NCBI GenBank assembly: GCA_002189035.1
Contig: NEEC01000008.1
Location: 1,550,001 to 1,614,000, forward strand
From: Utricularia gibba
Lineage: Eukaryota > Plantae > Magnoliophyta
DNA: 64,000 nt
Reading direction: 5' to 3'
Below are positions 36,726 to 48,702 of this stretch, piece after piece. Positions within the stretch are counted from its first letter, which is position 1; each line of letters begins with the position of its first letter. The position numbers and the translations under genes were made by a program. The notes below the pieces were generated by a model. That model worked only from the letters and a program-made list of their open reading frames with translations, searched no databases and was not told the DNA's origin.

Positions 36726-38200
36726 ATGGGTGCTGCAAGGGGTAGCGCTTCCGGAGATACCGAAGGCGCGCAGTTCATTCCCTCAATGGCGCGGGAGATA
36801 GTGCGGAGTTTGAAGGAGATAGTGAACTGCCCCGATACAGAGATCTATGCCGTTCTTAAAGATTGCAATTTGGACCCCGACGAGGCGGTTCATCGCCCCC
36901 TATCCCAAGGTTATTGCTTTCCTAGAAAAAAAATGCGAAGGGGCTGGTTAAGCATCCTCTTTAATCAATTCCTTACTAGATATATTATGATCATGACCGG
37001 AGATATTTCTCTAGTGGCGTGTATTTTCATAATGTTCTGGGGATTCCTGTGGCCGATCCTCTACTAGGATAGTGGACGAGTGGACATATGCCGAGAGTTT
37101 TTGACTCTTTGTATTACTGATCCGTTATTCAATTCTCCTAGATCCTTTCCACGAGGTGAAGAGTAAAGAGGTATATATCGTGTAGTAGTTTAGCTTCACA
37201 GAATGCCCTCAAAATTATTTATCCTGTTAAGTGATATTTGAAGCTCTCGTATTAATTAGTGAAGTCTGGGGGACTATACTGTTTTACTTGGGCGATCTGA
37301 ACTTTAAGCAACTGCCTAGTAAGCACTTCGTGATGCAGGTTAGAGATAATACGGAATCCAAGCCTCTTTCTTTTTCCCGAACGTCATTAAACAAGAAGGA
37401 AAACGGATCATCTCATGCAAGTCATTTGTCCTCAGTGTATGGTGTACGGCATGGCAGAACCTGTGGACCGGTTGGTTCGAGGTGTGCCCTTTTTAGTATG
37501 TTAAAATTTCATTAGTATTTTAGAAATCAATGAATAAAGCAACCCTGGTACATTGCCTTCGAAAGAGGAACTGGTCTGTAATAAAGAGTTCCTCTCACTT
37601 GATTTCACAATGGGTTGATGAAATGGTGGTTATCCTCAGTACAAGAACGCTGTTTCTTCCAGTACTTTGCACCAATCTGCTGCGGGTTCCCCTGGATATG
37701 GTGGCTTCGAAACAGCACACCACTTCCTTTTCCAATGAACCCAACTTCTGCGCCTTCAAATTTGAACATGGATGAAGCTGTACTCTCGCTGCTGCAGGTA
37801 TGGTGCTCTTTTTTAGGGAGTTCTGCAAACATAACAATTACAAACATTCTTTCCTTGTCATATTCAGGATGAGAACCAGGAGTTCTGGCTCCATAGGCAT
37901 AATTCAAGAACAATGCCAACAGCTCCATCACATCCATATTACAATTACCAGGCAGATCAACAACCCTGGGGAATCAGGCAAACCCAGCGGCAGCCAACCC
38001 AGATCTATGGGGGTATAGGGCTAGGTTACCCCAATCACTACATCTCTCAAGCGGCTTTGTCACCTGAGCAACTCTATCAGAATGCAAGAGACATGGCTCT
38101 TGGTGACACAGAAATCAAAAGAGTTTGGCTGAGGAATGAGGACAGACGAGTGTTAGAAGATCAATGGGTTTATTTGACACAGATCACAGATGTGTTTTGA
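36726..38200 (+). pseudogene. GBF-interacting protein 1 / DUF1296-like locus, internally deleted; pseudogene or mini-protein
   Basis: N-terminal UBA-like IVRSLKEIVNCPDTEIYAVLKDCNLDPDEAVHRPLSQ|DPFHEVKSK, then NKKENG. Later come YPQYKNAVSSSTLHQSAAGSPGYGGF and a last exon ENQEFWLH...SRTMP...YGGIGLGYPNHYISQ...QNARD. In-frame stops lie at about 37530-37620. Confidence 0.7.
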
Positions 38201-38338
38201 CACATTTGTTCCAAAATCGTGGCCAATCCCAAACCACTTGGCAATGTCTGATTGGCCCAAGGAAACACGCTGTCACACTCTCTCTGGCATGAAGAAATCC
38301 AAATACGATCGTTTATGGCTTTCATTTTGAATCGGCAG

Positions 38339-38401
38339 CCAATGAGGGTGGAGATATAGATCTTCCAAGGATAAGGTTGCTGGTTCTGAAGTCTCTATAA
38401 A
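38339..38401 (+). promoter_or_regulatory. Lhcb-type light-responsive core promoter
   Basis: CCAAT at 38339-38343, GATATAGAT at 38353-38361, I-box GATAAGG at 38370-38376 and TATAAA at 38396-38401. This is the classic order in Lhcb/CAB promoters. Confidence 0.75.
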
Positions 38402-38482
38402 GACCTCTATGGTCAGTCTCCTATCCTCACTCACCCACTGCAGCAGCAGCCAGTAGCATCTTCTCTTCACAACTATTCTGCA

Positions 38483-39274
38483 ATGGCGGCCGCATCAACA
38501 ATGGCTCTATCCTCCCCCTCCTTCGCCGGCCAGGCAGTTAAGTTGTCCCCGGAGTTCAGCGCCCCGGGAAGGATCTCGATGAGGAAGGCTGCCACCAAGT
38601 CTGCTCCTTCCGGCAGCCCCTGGTACGGGCCAGACCGTGTTAAGTACTTGGGTCCCTTCTCCGGGGAAGCCCCAAGCTACCTCAACGGAGAATTCCCCGG
38701 TGACTACGGATGGGACACCGCTGGACTGTCCGCCGACCCCGAGACGTTCGCCAAAAACCGTGAATTGGAAGTGATCCACGCCAGATGGGCCATGCTTGGT
38801 GCTCTCGGAATCGTCTTTCCCGAGCTCTTGGCAAAGAACGGTGTTAAATTCGGCGAGGCTGTCTGGTTCAAGGCCGGTTCACAGATCTTCAGCGAGGGTG
38901 GCCTCGACTACTTGGGTAACCCAAGCTTGATCCACGCTCAGAGCATCTTGGCCATCTGGGCTACACAAGTTATTCTCATGGGTGCTGTGGAGGGGTACCG
39001 TGTTGCCGGAGGGCCACTTGGGGAAGTCGTTGACCCGCTCTACCCTGGAGGCAGCTTCGACCCATTGGGTCTGGCTGATGATCCGGAAGCATTCGCTGAA
39101 CTGAAGGTGAAGGAGATCAAGAACGGCAGACTTGCAATGTTCTCCGTGTTCGGTTTCTTCGTCCAGGCCATTGTCACCGGAAAAGGCCCATTGGAGAACC
39201 TCTCCGACCACCTTGCTGACCCCGTAAACAACAATGCCTGGGCCTACGCCACCAACTTCGTCCCTGGGAAATGA
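38483..39274 (+). CDS. LHCB1: Chlorophyll a-b binding protein of LHCII, type Lhcb1, intronless, 263 aa
   Basis: Transit peptide, then [51 protein letters not shown] and [14 protein letters not shown]. Confidence 0.98.
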   Translation: MAAASTMALSSPSFAGQAVKLSPEFSAPGRISMRKAATKSAPSGSPWYGPDRVKYLGPFSGEAPSYLNGEFPGDYGWDTAGLSADPETFAKNRELEVIHARWAMLGALGIVFPELLAKNGVKFGEAVWFKAGSQIFSEGGLDYLGNPSLIHAQSILAIWATQVILMGAVEGYRVAGGPLGEVVDPLYPGGSFDPLGLADDPEAFAELKVKEIKNGRLAMFSVFGFFVQAIVTGKGPLENLSDHLADPVNNNAWAYATNFVPGK

Positions 39275-40408
39275 ATGAACTTCTGATTGACTCAGAACAG
39301 TCTTCATTTTTTGTATGCGCGACTCATGATTGAATTCAGGGGAATGTACATTGCCTCTCAAACGTATCAACACAAACTCAAACTCGAACCCCCACCTTTC
39401 CCTCAAAACTTCATCAGAATGCAGCAATTCATCAACAATCTTATCAATCTCCCAGGATTTCCCATCAACCCAGAAACAAAAAAAACCTTCCATATGCTCG
39501 ATCTTCAGAAACCATATCTTTAAATCTAAAGGAGGAGCTCAGTAAGCTTGGAGCATTATTCAAAATACAATACTAGAATATGGAGGTTGCTCTACCTAAC
39601 CAATTTCAACACATATTGAGGGCTATGATGACATGTACATCATGACTCATATGAAAGCTTCAACCAAACTTACCAGCACCAGCATCAACCTGCAACTACA
39701 ACTGCATCTGAAAAAATGTACTAGTCAGGATTATAGAGACCAAATTGGAGCAAAACATCAAATCCATGAATCCCTGAAATGTAATATTCAGATGGGTAAA
39801 GAATTTCGAGCCATTCTCTTTGGATTCCGTATCTGGGGATCAAAAGCTGCTGCTGATAAAGAATCTCTTTGTGATGAATCCATTAGCTGTTGGTTGTCGG
39901 TGGATGGAATATATTCACTTAGAATCCAGCTGTCCATTTGATAATCAATTTAATCAGGGTTCCCGTTTTTGAGTATGTTTTTAACCGTTGGAAGCTTCTA
40001 GAATTGGAAATAACAACCAAGCAATCACATGCGAGGCGAAGACATTAGGTTTGAAATGAGTGTGCTTCATGCTTTACAGTTTTAAAGAGAGATTCCAGGA
40101 GCCGTTGGCGTATTTTTGCAATTACGAAAATATTATAATAATTTCGATAATATAAAGACCTAATTTGGAATATGGGGAGAAAAGTCACGCCGAGTAGCGC
40201 GTCCGCGAACGCACGCAAAAGTGTGCGCTGTTTGACTGGGCCCCACGAGAGAAGAAGTTTCATCAAGTGTATTACCCGTTATACCCCTGATTGAGCCCCT
40301 TATATTCCCCGGAAACTGCACAGTTCAGTCCTCGCTTGTGCGTCCAGACGGCATAACCAAATTCTCTGATACGCTCCCTGGGGCTGGGACGAACCAGTAG
40401 GAAAAGCT

Positions 40409-40666
40409 ATGGAGAGTGTGGCTAAGAGATCGAGTACCTTCAGTTTTCTCTTGCATATGCTGAACAGAAAGGGAATCAGCAGCACCGGCGGTGGAGGAGG
40501 AGCGCAGCGATGGAGGCTCAGCAGATCCCTGGCGCTGCGGTGGAAGTGGAGGTTCAATTTCCACTCGTTCGATGGCTTGATTTTTAAGATCGTATCGGTT
40601 CTCGAAGCCGTCGTTCTCGTATCCGGTCTCTGCTTCTTCTTCCTCTGCTGCGGATGCCGATTGTGA
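40409..40666 (+). CDS. Small (85 aa) single-pass membrane protein with C-terminal FFFLCCGC motif
   Basis: Intact ORF with an Arg/Trp-rich segment, FDGLIFKIVSVLEAVVLVSGLCFFFLCCGCRL. It resembles a conserved plant family I recall as DxxxFxIVSxxEAxVL...FFxLCCGC. A TATA-like element lies near 40300. Confidence 0.65.
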   Translation: MESVAKRSSTFSFLLHMLNRKGISSTGGGGGAQRWRLSRSLALRWKWRFNFHSFDGLIFKIVSVLEAVVLVSGLCFFFLCCGCRL

Positions 40667-41421
40667 ATCATCGATCCTCGCATGAAAAATCACGCAATTC
40701 CGTCCTCTACGATATCCGCTGCTTACGTCTTCGATTTGCTTTTTTTATTTACGAAATGCGGTTTCTGAATGTCATCTATTGCTCTTGCGTTGTATGATTT
40801 TTTTGAATGGAATCAAGATATTTGTTGTTCAGCTGATTCTAGGGACACCGAGCCGTCTCTCTCTTCAGCAACTGCTCCCGTCATGATTTTTGTGAGTTGC
40901 TTCCTAGAACTGCAGTACGGGACTAGTGGCAGGGAACTCTGGATATTATGATTATATTATTAAACTCTTCATTCATGGACGTTTGGCATAATTATTTAAA
41001 TAGCCGTTACGATTCCGTCCCGTTGAGATTATGCTCGACTGCGGAAGCCTAACGTCGTCCGATAAGCCGTTAGGAAAGCAAATTCTCGATCCAGAAGTGT
41101 GGTAGGAGTCATCTGAAACATGTAATTTTCATAAATTTAAGATGTATTTAAAATACATTCTATTTTTAAAAAACATTTCAAAAATATTTTTATTATCAAA
41201 TAAAAACGATTCATATCTTAAAAAGATCATTAATTTTAAATCAATTTATTATGTTTTAAAAATTATAAATTTTTATCATCACATACAAGGGAATAAGTGT
41301 AGGTAGCCGAAGAGAGATCGATCTCAATGGCGGCAAGTTGCACATCACTAGTAGAGCAGCTAGTTTTGGATCCTGCCAGGCTCAACCACAGCGGTGGGTG
41401 TGGTGGAATAGGAAGGAAGGA

Positions 41422-43532
41422 TCATGGCTGGAATGCAGAAAACACAACCACAGAGTTGTGGCCGCCGAATCCGAACGAGTTTGAAATAGCTGGATGATAA
41501 CATTTGCGATGAACATCAGAACAACATCATGTATAGTTATGATTATGGCAAACCTCAACTCAAACAAGAGAAGCAGAGATGTATTGGGCGCCTTACCAAC
41601 GTTAATTTCATGTTGCTGTTTTTGATTCGCGACGACGTCGAAATCGACGGAAGGCTCTGGATTCTGCAGTGCAAAGTGAATGATGTTCAAGTTCAGATAT
41701 GGATGGAAAACAGGGCTTACATGTTTGCTGGATCTAGCAAGCTCATGTAGTAGTAGTATACTTACAAACTGGTTGATCGTGGATGAAGCCAGCCGGTAGT
41801 GATTGCTTTTATTGTTGCAATAGCTTCTAGACCACCAGCTGCACCCAGGCAATGGCCTATCATTGACTGGAACCACATGAGAAAAGTTAGTTGCTTTTTA
41901 TGAAAACATGGTTGACGATCGACAGCAGAAGGGTTACCTTGGTTGCATTGATTTTTATCCCTGAGGTGTCCTTGAACACCTTCTTAATCGCATTTATCTC
42001 AGCCAAATCTCCCACCAGAGTAGAAGTTGCATGGGCATTAATGTAGTTTACCTGAAGATAAAAAGGAGTCAAGAACTATAGGGATGCATCAGCTACAATG
42101 ATCTAAGAAGAATCGATGCGAACCTCTTCAGAGGAAACACCAGCATCTTCAAGGGCACTCTGGATGCATGAAGATACACCAAGTCCATCGGCTCTGGGGT
42201 CAGTCATGTGGTATGCATCACAGTTAACTGAGCCTCCCAAATATTCTGCAATTATAGGTGCACCACGCTTCATGGCATGCTCTAGACTTTCCATAACCTG
42301 TACAAATAAAAAAAAAGACACATTACATGGCATGTTCCAGACTTTCCCAGATAGAAGTTGGAGCAGAAAACCATACAAACCAGTATTCCGGCACCTTCAC
42401 CCATAACAAAGCCATCTCGATCTTTGTCCCAAGGTCTGGATGCTGTTTTAGGGTCATCATTTCTCTGGGACAGTGCTCTGCATGCAACAAAACCTCCCAA
42501 TCCAATAGGGATGATGGCAGCTTCAGACCCACCAGCGATCATTATATCAGCTTCACCTCGCCGAATGTGATTTGCAGCAGCATAAAAGCAGTAGTTGGAT
42601 GTTGCACAAGCAGTTGAAATGGAATAATTTGGTCCCATTAATCCAAGATCAATAGCAAGCAAAGCAGACCCCATATTTGTTATGGCGTAAGGTATGAAAA
42701 AAGGAGTAATTTTCCTGTGACCCTTCTCCACTAGAGCATGAACAGCATCAGAAAACACAGTAAGACCTCCCATTCCTGTACCAACTAGAACCCCAGCTCG
42801 AACCTTATCAATCTGAAAAACTCAAAAGAAAAATCCCAATTCATTGCTACACGAGCAAATAAAGCTCATAATTCTCTTAAGGAGATGGTAAAGGAATTCA
42901 AAGACCAAAAACCTAGAAAATACATCACGGTCACTGCATGAAACAATAAATGTCGAATTGAAACAAGTCATCAAGCATCTCAAGATTGCAACAGAAACCC
43001 AGTGTTTAATAAAGAGATGACTGAAAAATGAGGGAAAACTGAAAGGAGCAGTGATACGGGCTCTTACACTTTCAAGCTTTTCTTGTCCAAGATCGGCATC
43101 TTCAAGCGCCTTTTTACCAGCAACAATGCTGTACCTCAAACAATCATCCAACCTCCGATCGTTCTTCCCATCAATATAACCCCCCGATTCAAACCCACGA
43201 ATTTGGCCGGCAAATCGTGTTGGAAACTTGGACGCATCGAACCGGTCTATCAAGGTGATGCCACTCTCACCAGAGAGCAGCTTCTCGTAGTAAGCGTCCA
43301 CATCATTACCAAACACCGATACCAAGCCCATCCCCGTAATGACTACGCGCTTCTTAGGGTCCGTCTCCCGCTTCGGCGCCGAAACAGTCTGCACAGAGGC
43401 AGAGATTTTGGAAGGGAGCCTTTTAACCGGAAGTCCGGCATTTTTGCCAAAAAAGCTCCCCGTGAGCGACGGTCTGCGAAGGCACTCCATGGGGGACAGG
43501 CGGAGGGAGCCGTATTGCAGCACGGCGTCCAT
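41422..43532 (-). CDS. KAS1: 3-oxoacyl-[ACP] synthase I (KASI), plastid, 7 exons, apparent -1 frameshift at 41781-41782
   Basis: Transit peptide MDAVLQYGSLRLSP, then VSAPKRETDPKKRVVITGMG, the active-site SISTACATSN, NAHATST, SMIGHCLGAAGG and SNSFGFGGHNS, with the stop at 41422-41424. Confidence 0.97.
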
Positions 43533-45724
43533 GGCGTCGGAGTTGTCGATGTAGTGGGTGAGGTCCCTTCTCCCGTCCAAGAAATTTGCGGGTCTGGCTG
43601 GCGTTAAAACCCAAGCATTTTTTCCCCTTAGCCATATAATATTACATATTTAGGTCTAAATTCTTTTCGGGTTCGGCCTCCCAACTTCCGAATAGAATCT
43701 GGTGACGGCGGCGGCAGGGGCAGCAGAAGCAGCTTGAATTACACTAATGCAACGCAGTGGGTAAAACTGTGATTACCTCCGGCGTCATTCTCGTTCTTCC
43801 ACCGCCTTCCTGAGAATCGGGTCCAACGGTGACACCCGTGATTCGCGCTTACACCGCCAAGCCCAACCTCTGAAAACTGAACCATCCAATCTGGTCTCTG
43901 GAGGTTATCTTCTCTGAACAAAGATCATCTTTCCGGCGAGCCAGCCCAAGTATGCGGCCCAGGGCAAGGCATAGGGTCCAGAGGCGAGCTGGGATAAGAA
44001 CCAGCATTAGATTAGATAGAATGCCAATTGCCAATGCATGAACACACAGCCCTCTAGTTCCGTCATCAGCCCCACGACTTCCCTATCCCTGCAACTTGGT
44101 TGACATCCACATAAAACTGAAAAGTGCCTTTGCATGATCAGTCACACTGCGCTGAAACTGAAATTGATGGACATGAATGAATGCTGGTGAGCCAACTCAA
44201 TTATATGCCCAACTTGAACCACAAATGGACATCTAAGCTCGTCCCTATTCTGCAATAAACAGCACGTGCTCTTGTTATATAAAAAAAAAAAGATCCATGA
44301 AAGGAGCATGATGATGATGAAGAGAGTGAATAGTGTCGTAAATCCAACAAAACAAATGAGAAACTATCAAACCACAGACACATAATACATTGTCTTAGGA
44401 TTTAATAGGTTCTTCGACATCATTATTTGACCTCATACAATTAATTGAATATATATTATTAATCCTAATTGTTTTGAATATATATGGTCTTTGAAATCGT
44501 GAGGTTGAACTGCATACACATAAATGAGGGATCTTTTATTAAACTACTCACTGTACCAGTTTTTTTCATATATTAAGACAATTTTTTTCAACATAAGATA
44601 AAACTTTTATCACATAGTTAAATTATGGTAGGTATTTTTCAAATTAACTCCATAAAAATGTGAGGCTTGCGGTGTCAATTTTACACATTACTTGCAGGCG
44701 TAATATTTTAGATTTCCAACACAATCTAATTAAATTAGACTATGCACACATGCGGGTTTTTACTCATTTTCAAAACTATCAAAACTAATATTTTGGTATC
44801 TCATATAAATAGTTGAAGATAACCATCGCTACCTCTTCTGCAATGCAATAATTTCCAACAAATAGCAGCACCAGCATCAAAGAAGTAGATAAACGAGCCC
44901 ATGAGGATACCTACTGTAGCGTCAACTGAAATAAACCACATCATTCGTTATTCCTTTTGTTGGAGTAAAATGGAGATGATGAATGGGCATCGTCATCGCC
45001 AGAGATTGAGATCAGATCCGGCGGGCCTCGTAACTTGATCCCGATTGCGTGCGCTCACGCCACCCACCACACGCACAGTTTCCTTTTTAACCACACAAAA
45101 TGCGCCACATTCCCAACTCACCTCTGTTTACACATTTGATCATCACAAACATTCTGCATTTTTATTGATTTCCGAAAATGCTGACATGGTTTTCCGAAAA
45201 TAATGACATGCATTTTCAGAAATCACTTTTATTCTGTGTAATATAATGCGTAAATAATTTTGAGGAAACTCAATTTCATCATAGAAACTCAAAAATAGAA
45301 CTCACGTCATCATTTTTGGAAACGAGTAAAGATGCTATTATTGTTACCATTGTTTCAAAATCATGCATAATTAATCATGTTAAAATCAAATAAATACACT
45401 CTACCCTATTTACAATTATGATAAAATTGGTGTCACACTCGAGTAGTCTTATTTATTTATATGCACACTTTTAAAAAATTTTGAATCCATTCGCTGATTT
45501 TTGATGCTATCAATTTTAATTAGTTCAGGTGGTTGAAATAAGATAGGTATTTGTAGGCCACTCACTAAAAACCAATTAAATAATTGTTGTGAATATGCGT
45601 GATCTTCGGCAATCGTCATCCCAAAATGTTATTCCAATTTCCCCTTTTTTTATAAATTTGTCCTCTGCTCAAAATGCTGTCTGTGTTTCTCTTCTTCCTC
45701 CGCTGCTGAAGGATTTGCGCAGTG

Positions 45725-46829
<1,105 letters not shown>

Positions 46830-48702
46830 TTAGGGTTCACACTAATAATCCTGATTAGTACGCTAATTATAGACCACGAATGCAATGTTGCGCGGCTAAA
46901 AATAGTACTGTGTTAAACCGACTTCCATTTCGAGCTGGAACAAGGAAGTAACACAATTATGACAATTATTATTATTCTAATAATATTTCTAATTATATAA
47001 TTATTTATTAAAATATGATTAACTATTTAAGGACAAATAATTAAAATAATTATTCATTAAATTATCATATCAAACTCATATTTAAAATTTTTGGGTTAAT
47101 AAATTAAATATATTATTATATTAAAAAAGAAAAAAAAGAAGAATTGACGGAAGACGGTTGGCAATGTCTTTAAGATATGAATTCATACTAAAAAAAAATT
47201 TTAAAAAATATATAATTTTTCATTTTATGATAAATTTAAATTCTGTTAAAATTAATTTTGAAGTGATTTTCACAAACGTAGCTTTATTATAAACTGACTT
47301 CTAATTAAATTGGCAAAAAAGAAAAATCCCTCTCTTTTGTAGTATTTTTATTTAAAAAAGAAATAATAAAAATGACGATTTTTTAATTAAATTATTTGAA
47401 ATAATGGAGATGTGAATTATTGATCCAATTTCCGGAGTTGCCAGTTGGGGATTTGATTGGGCTCTCCTTTCACTAGAAAAAGGTTGGAATTGAGGGCCTC
47501 AAAATGCCACCACATGCAATAAACAAATCAATGCCGAAATTATTGAGACCCTTTTAAGTCAAAACGATAAATCATTTTAATCAATTTTTATTATTTCCAG
47601 AATGAGAATTGAGAAGGATGCGTGCGCCTTAGCGACGACGTTTTGACGTCCGGAAGCGGGCCCCATTTTACGGAGCCGTGATATTTTTAGGTGGGGCCAA
47701 TTCATGGATATTATTTCTCTATTTGATTACAATTTGACAGAATAAATTAGTTATATTATTGGAAATTTATTTAAAATGTAATTTTGGAAATATTGTAATT
47801 GGAAATTTCCTTGGATTCCCGCCTCTTGGCGGTGGCGGCACTCCAGTTTCCTTAAGCTGTTTTATGGTGTTCGCTTTTAGTTGGGGATGCAGTCGTGTAT
47901 CAGCGCCTTTTTCGCGCCCTGTCTAACCCGATCGGAAGGTGCGGTGAGTCCCTTGGCATATCTGTGATTCTAATTCTAAGGTGTTGATGGAGGAGACGGA
48001 AATTGATGTTACTTGTCGGAGTAAGAGTTGCGCTACCGATAAGCGAGGGATTTTTCGATTCATATGCTTTCTGTCGATGCTTTTTCCCCCAATTTCGTTT
48101 AGGTTTTCCATTACAAGTATTTTGTTTCCCCCTTAGTTGTATGTTTGGGGTTCTATCACCTTTCGTTTTGTAGGCTGTTTTCTGTTCGTTTTTTCTTTAT
48201 CTGCTCGTGTTTTTTTTAATTGGGTGGAATCCGCCTTTTTCCCCCTTTAGTAATGATGGCAGGAGGGACCTAGTCAATGATGATTCGGATAAACACGCCT
48301 CATCAACAAAATCAGACGGATTGAAGAGCATCAGTGGACTCAATAATGAGGAGGGAGCTTCTCGTCGCACTGGAATGGGTTCTTTCTTGGTGTGCATCAC
48401 AGGTACCAGCATCTGTTCTAGTTCAAGTAATACTTTGCACCGCGTAATTGCTTTCACCGTTTTTAAACATCATGGTGCTAGTTCCCCGCCCACAGATCTA
48501 CGCCTGATGCCTATTGATCCAGGTGTTGTACAGCTGCCTACATCAAAAGTTGCCTGCAAAATAAGTTGAACTTGCACACAGCTTTCCATCCTCAGTAGAT
48601 GTAGGGTGGAAATCAAAAGGGGTGTTTGACTGCAAAAAAAGCTACTAGTGGAGGTGCCCCAAAGAACGAGAAACTGGGCATCCTGTAGTTGCTCCTCTGT
48701 GG

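Noticed and set aside
40300-40693. Two 120-aa minus-strand ORFs
   Set aside because: These are shadow ORFs of the GC-rich plus-strand membrane-protein gene.
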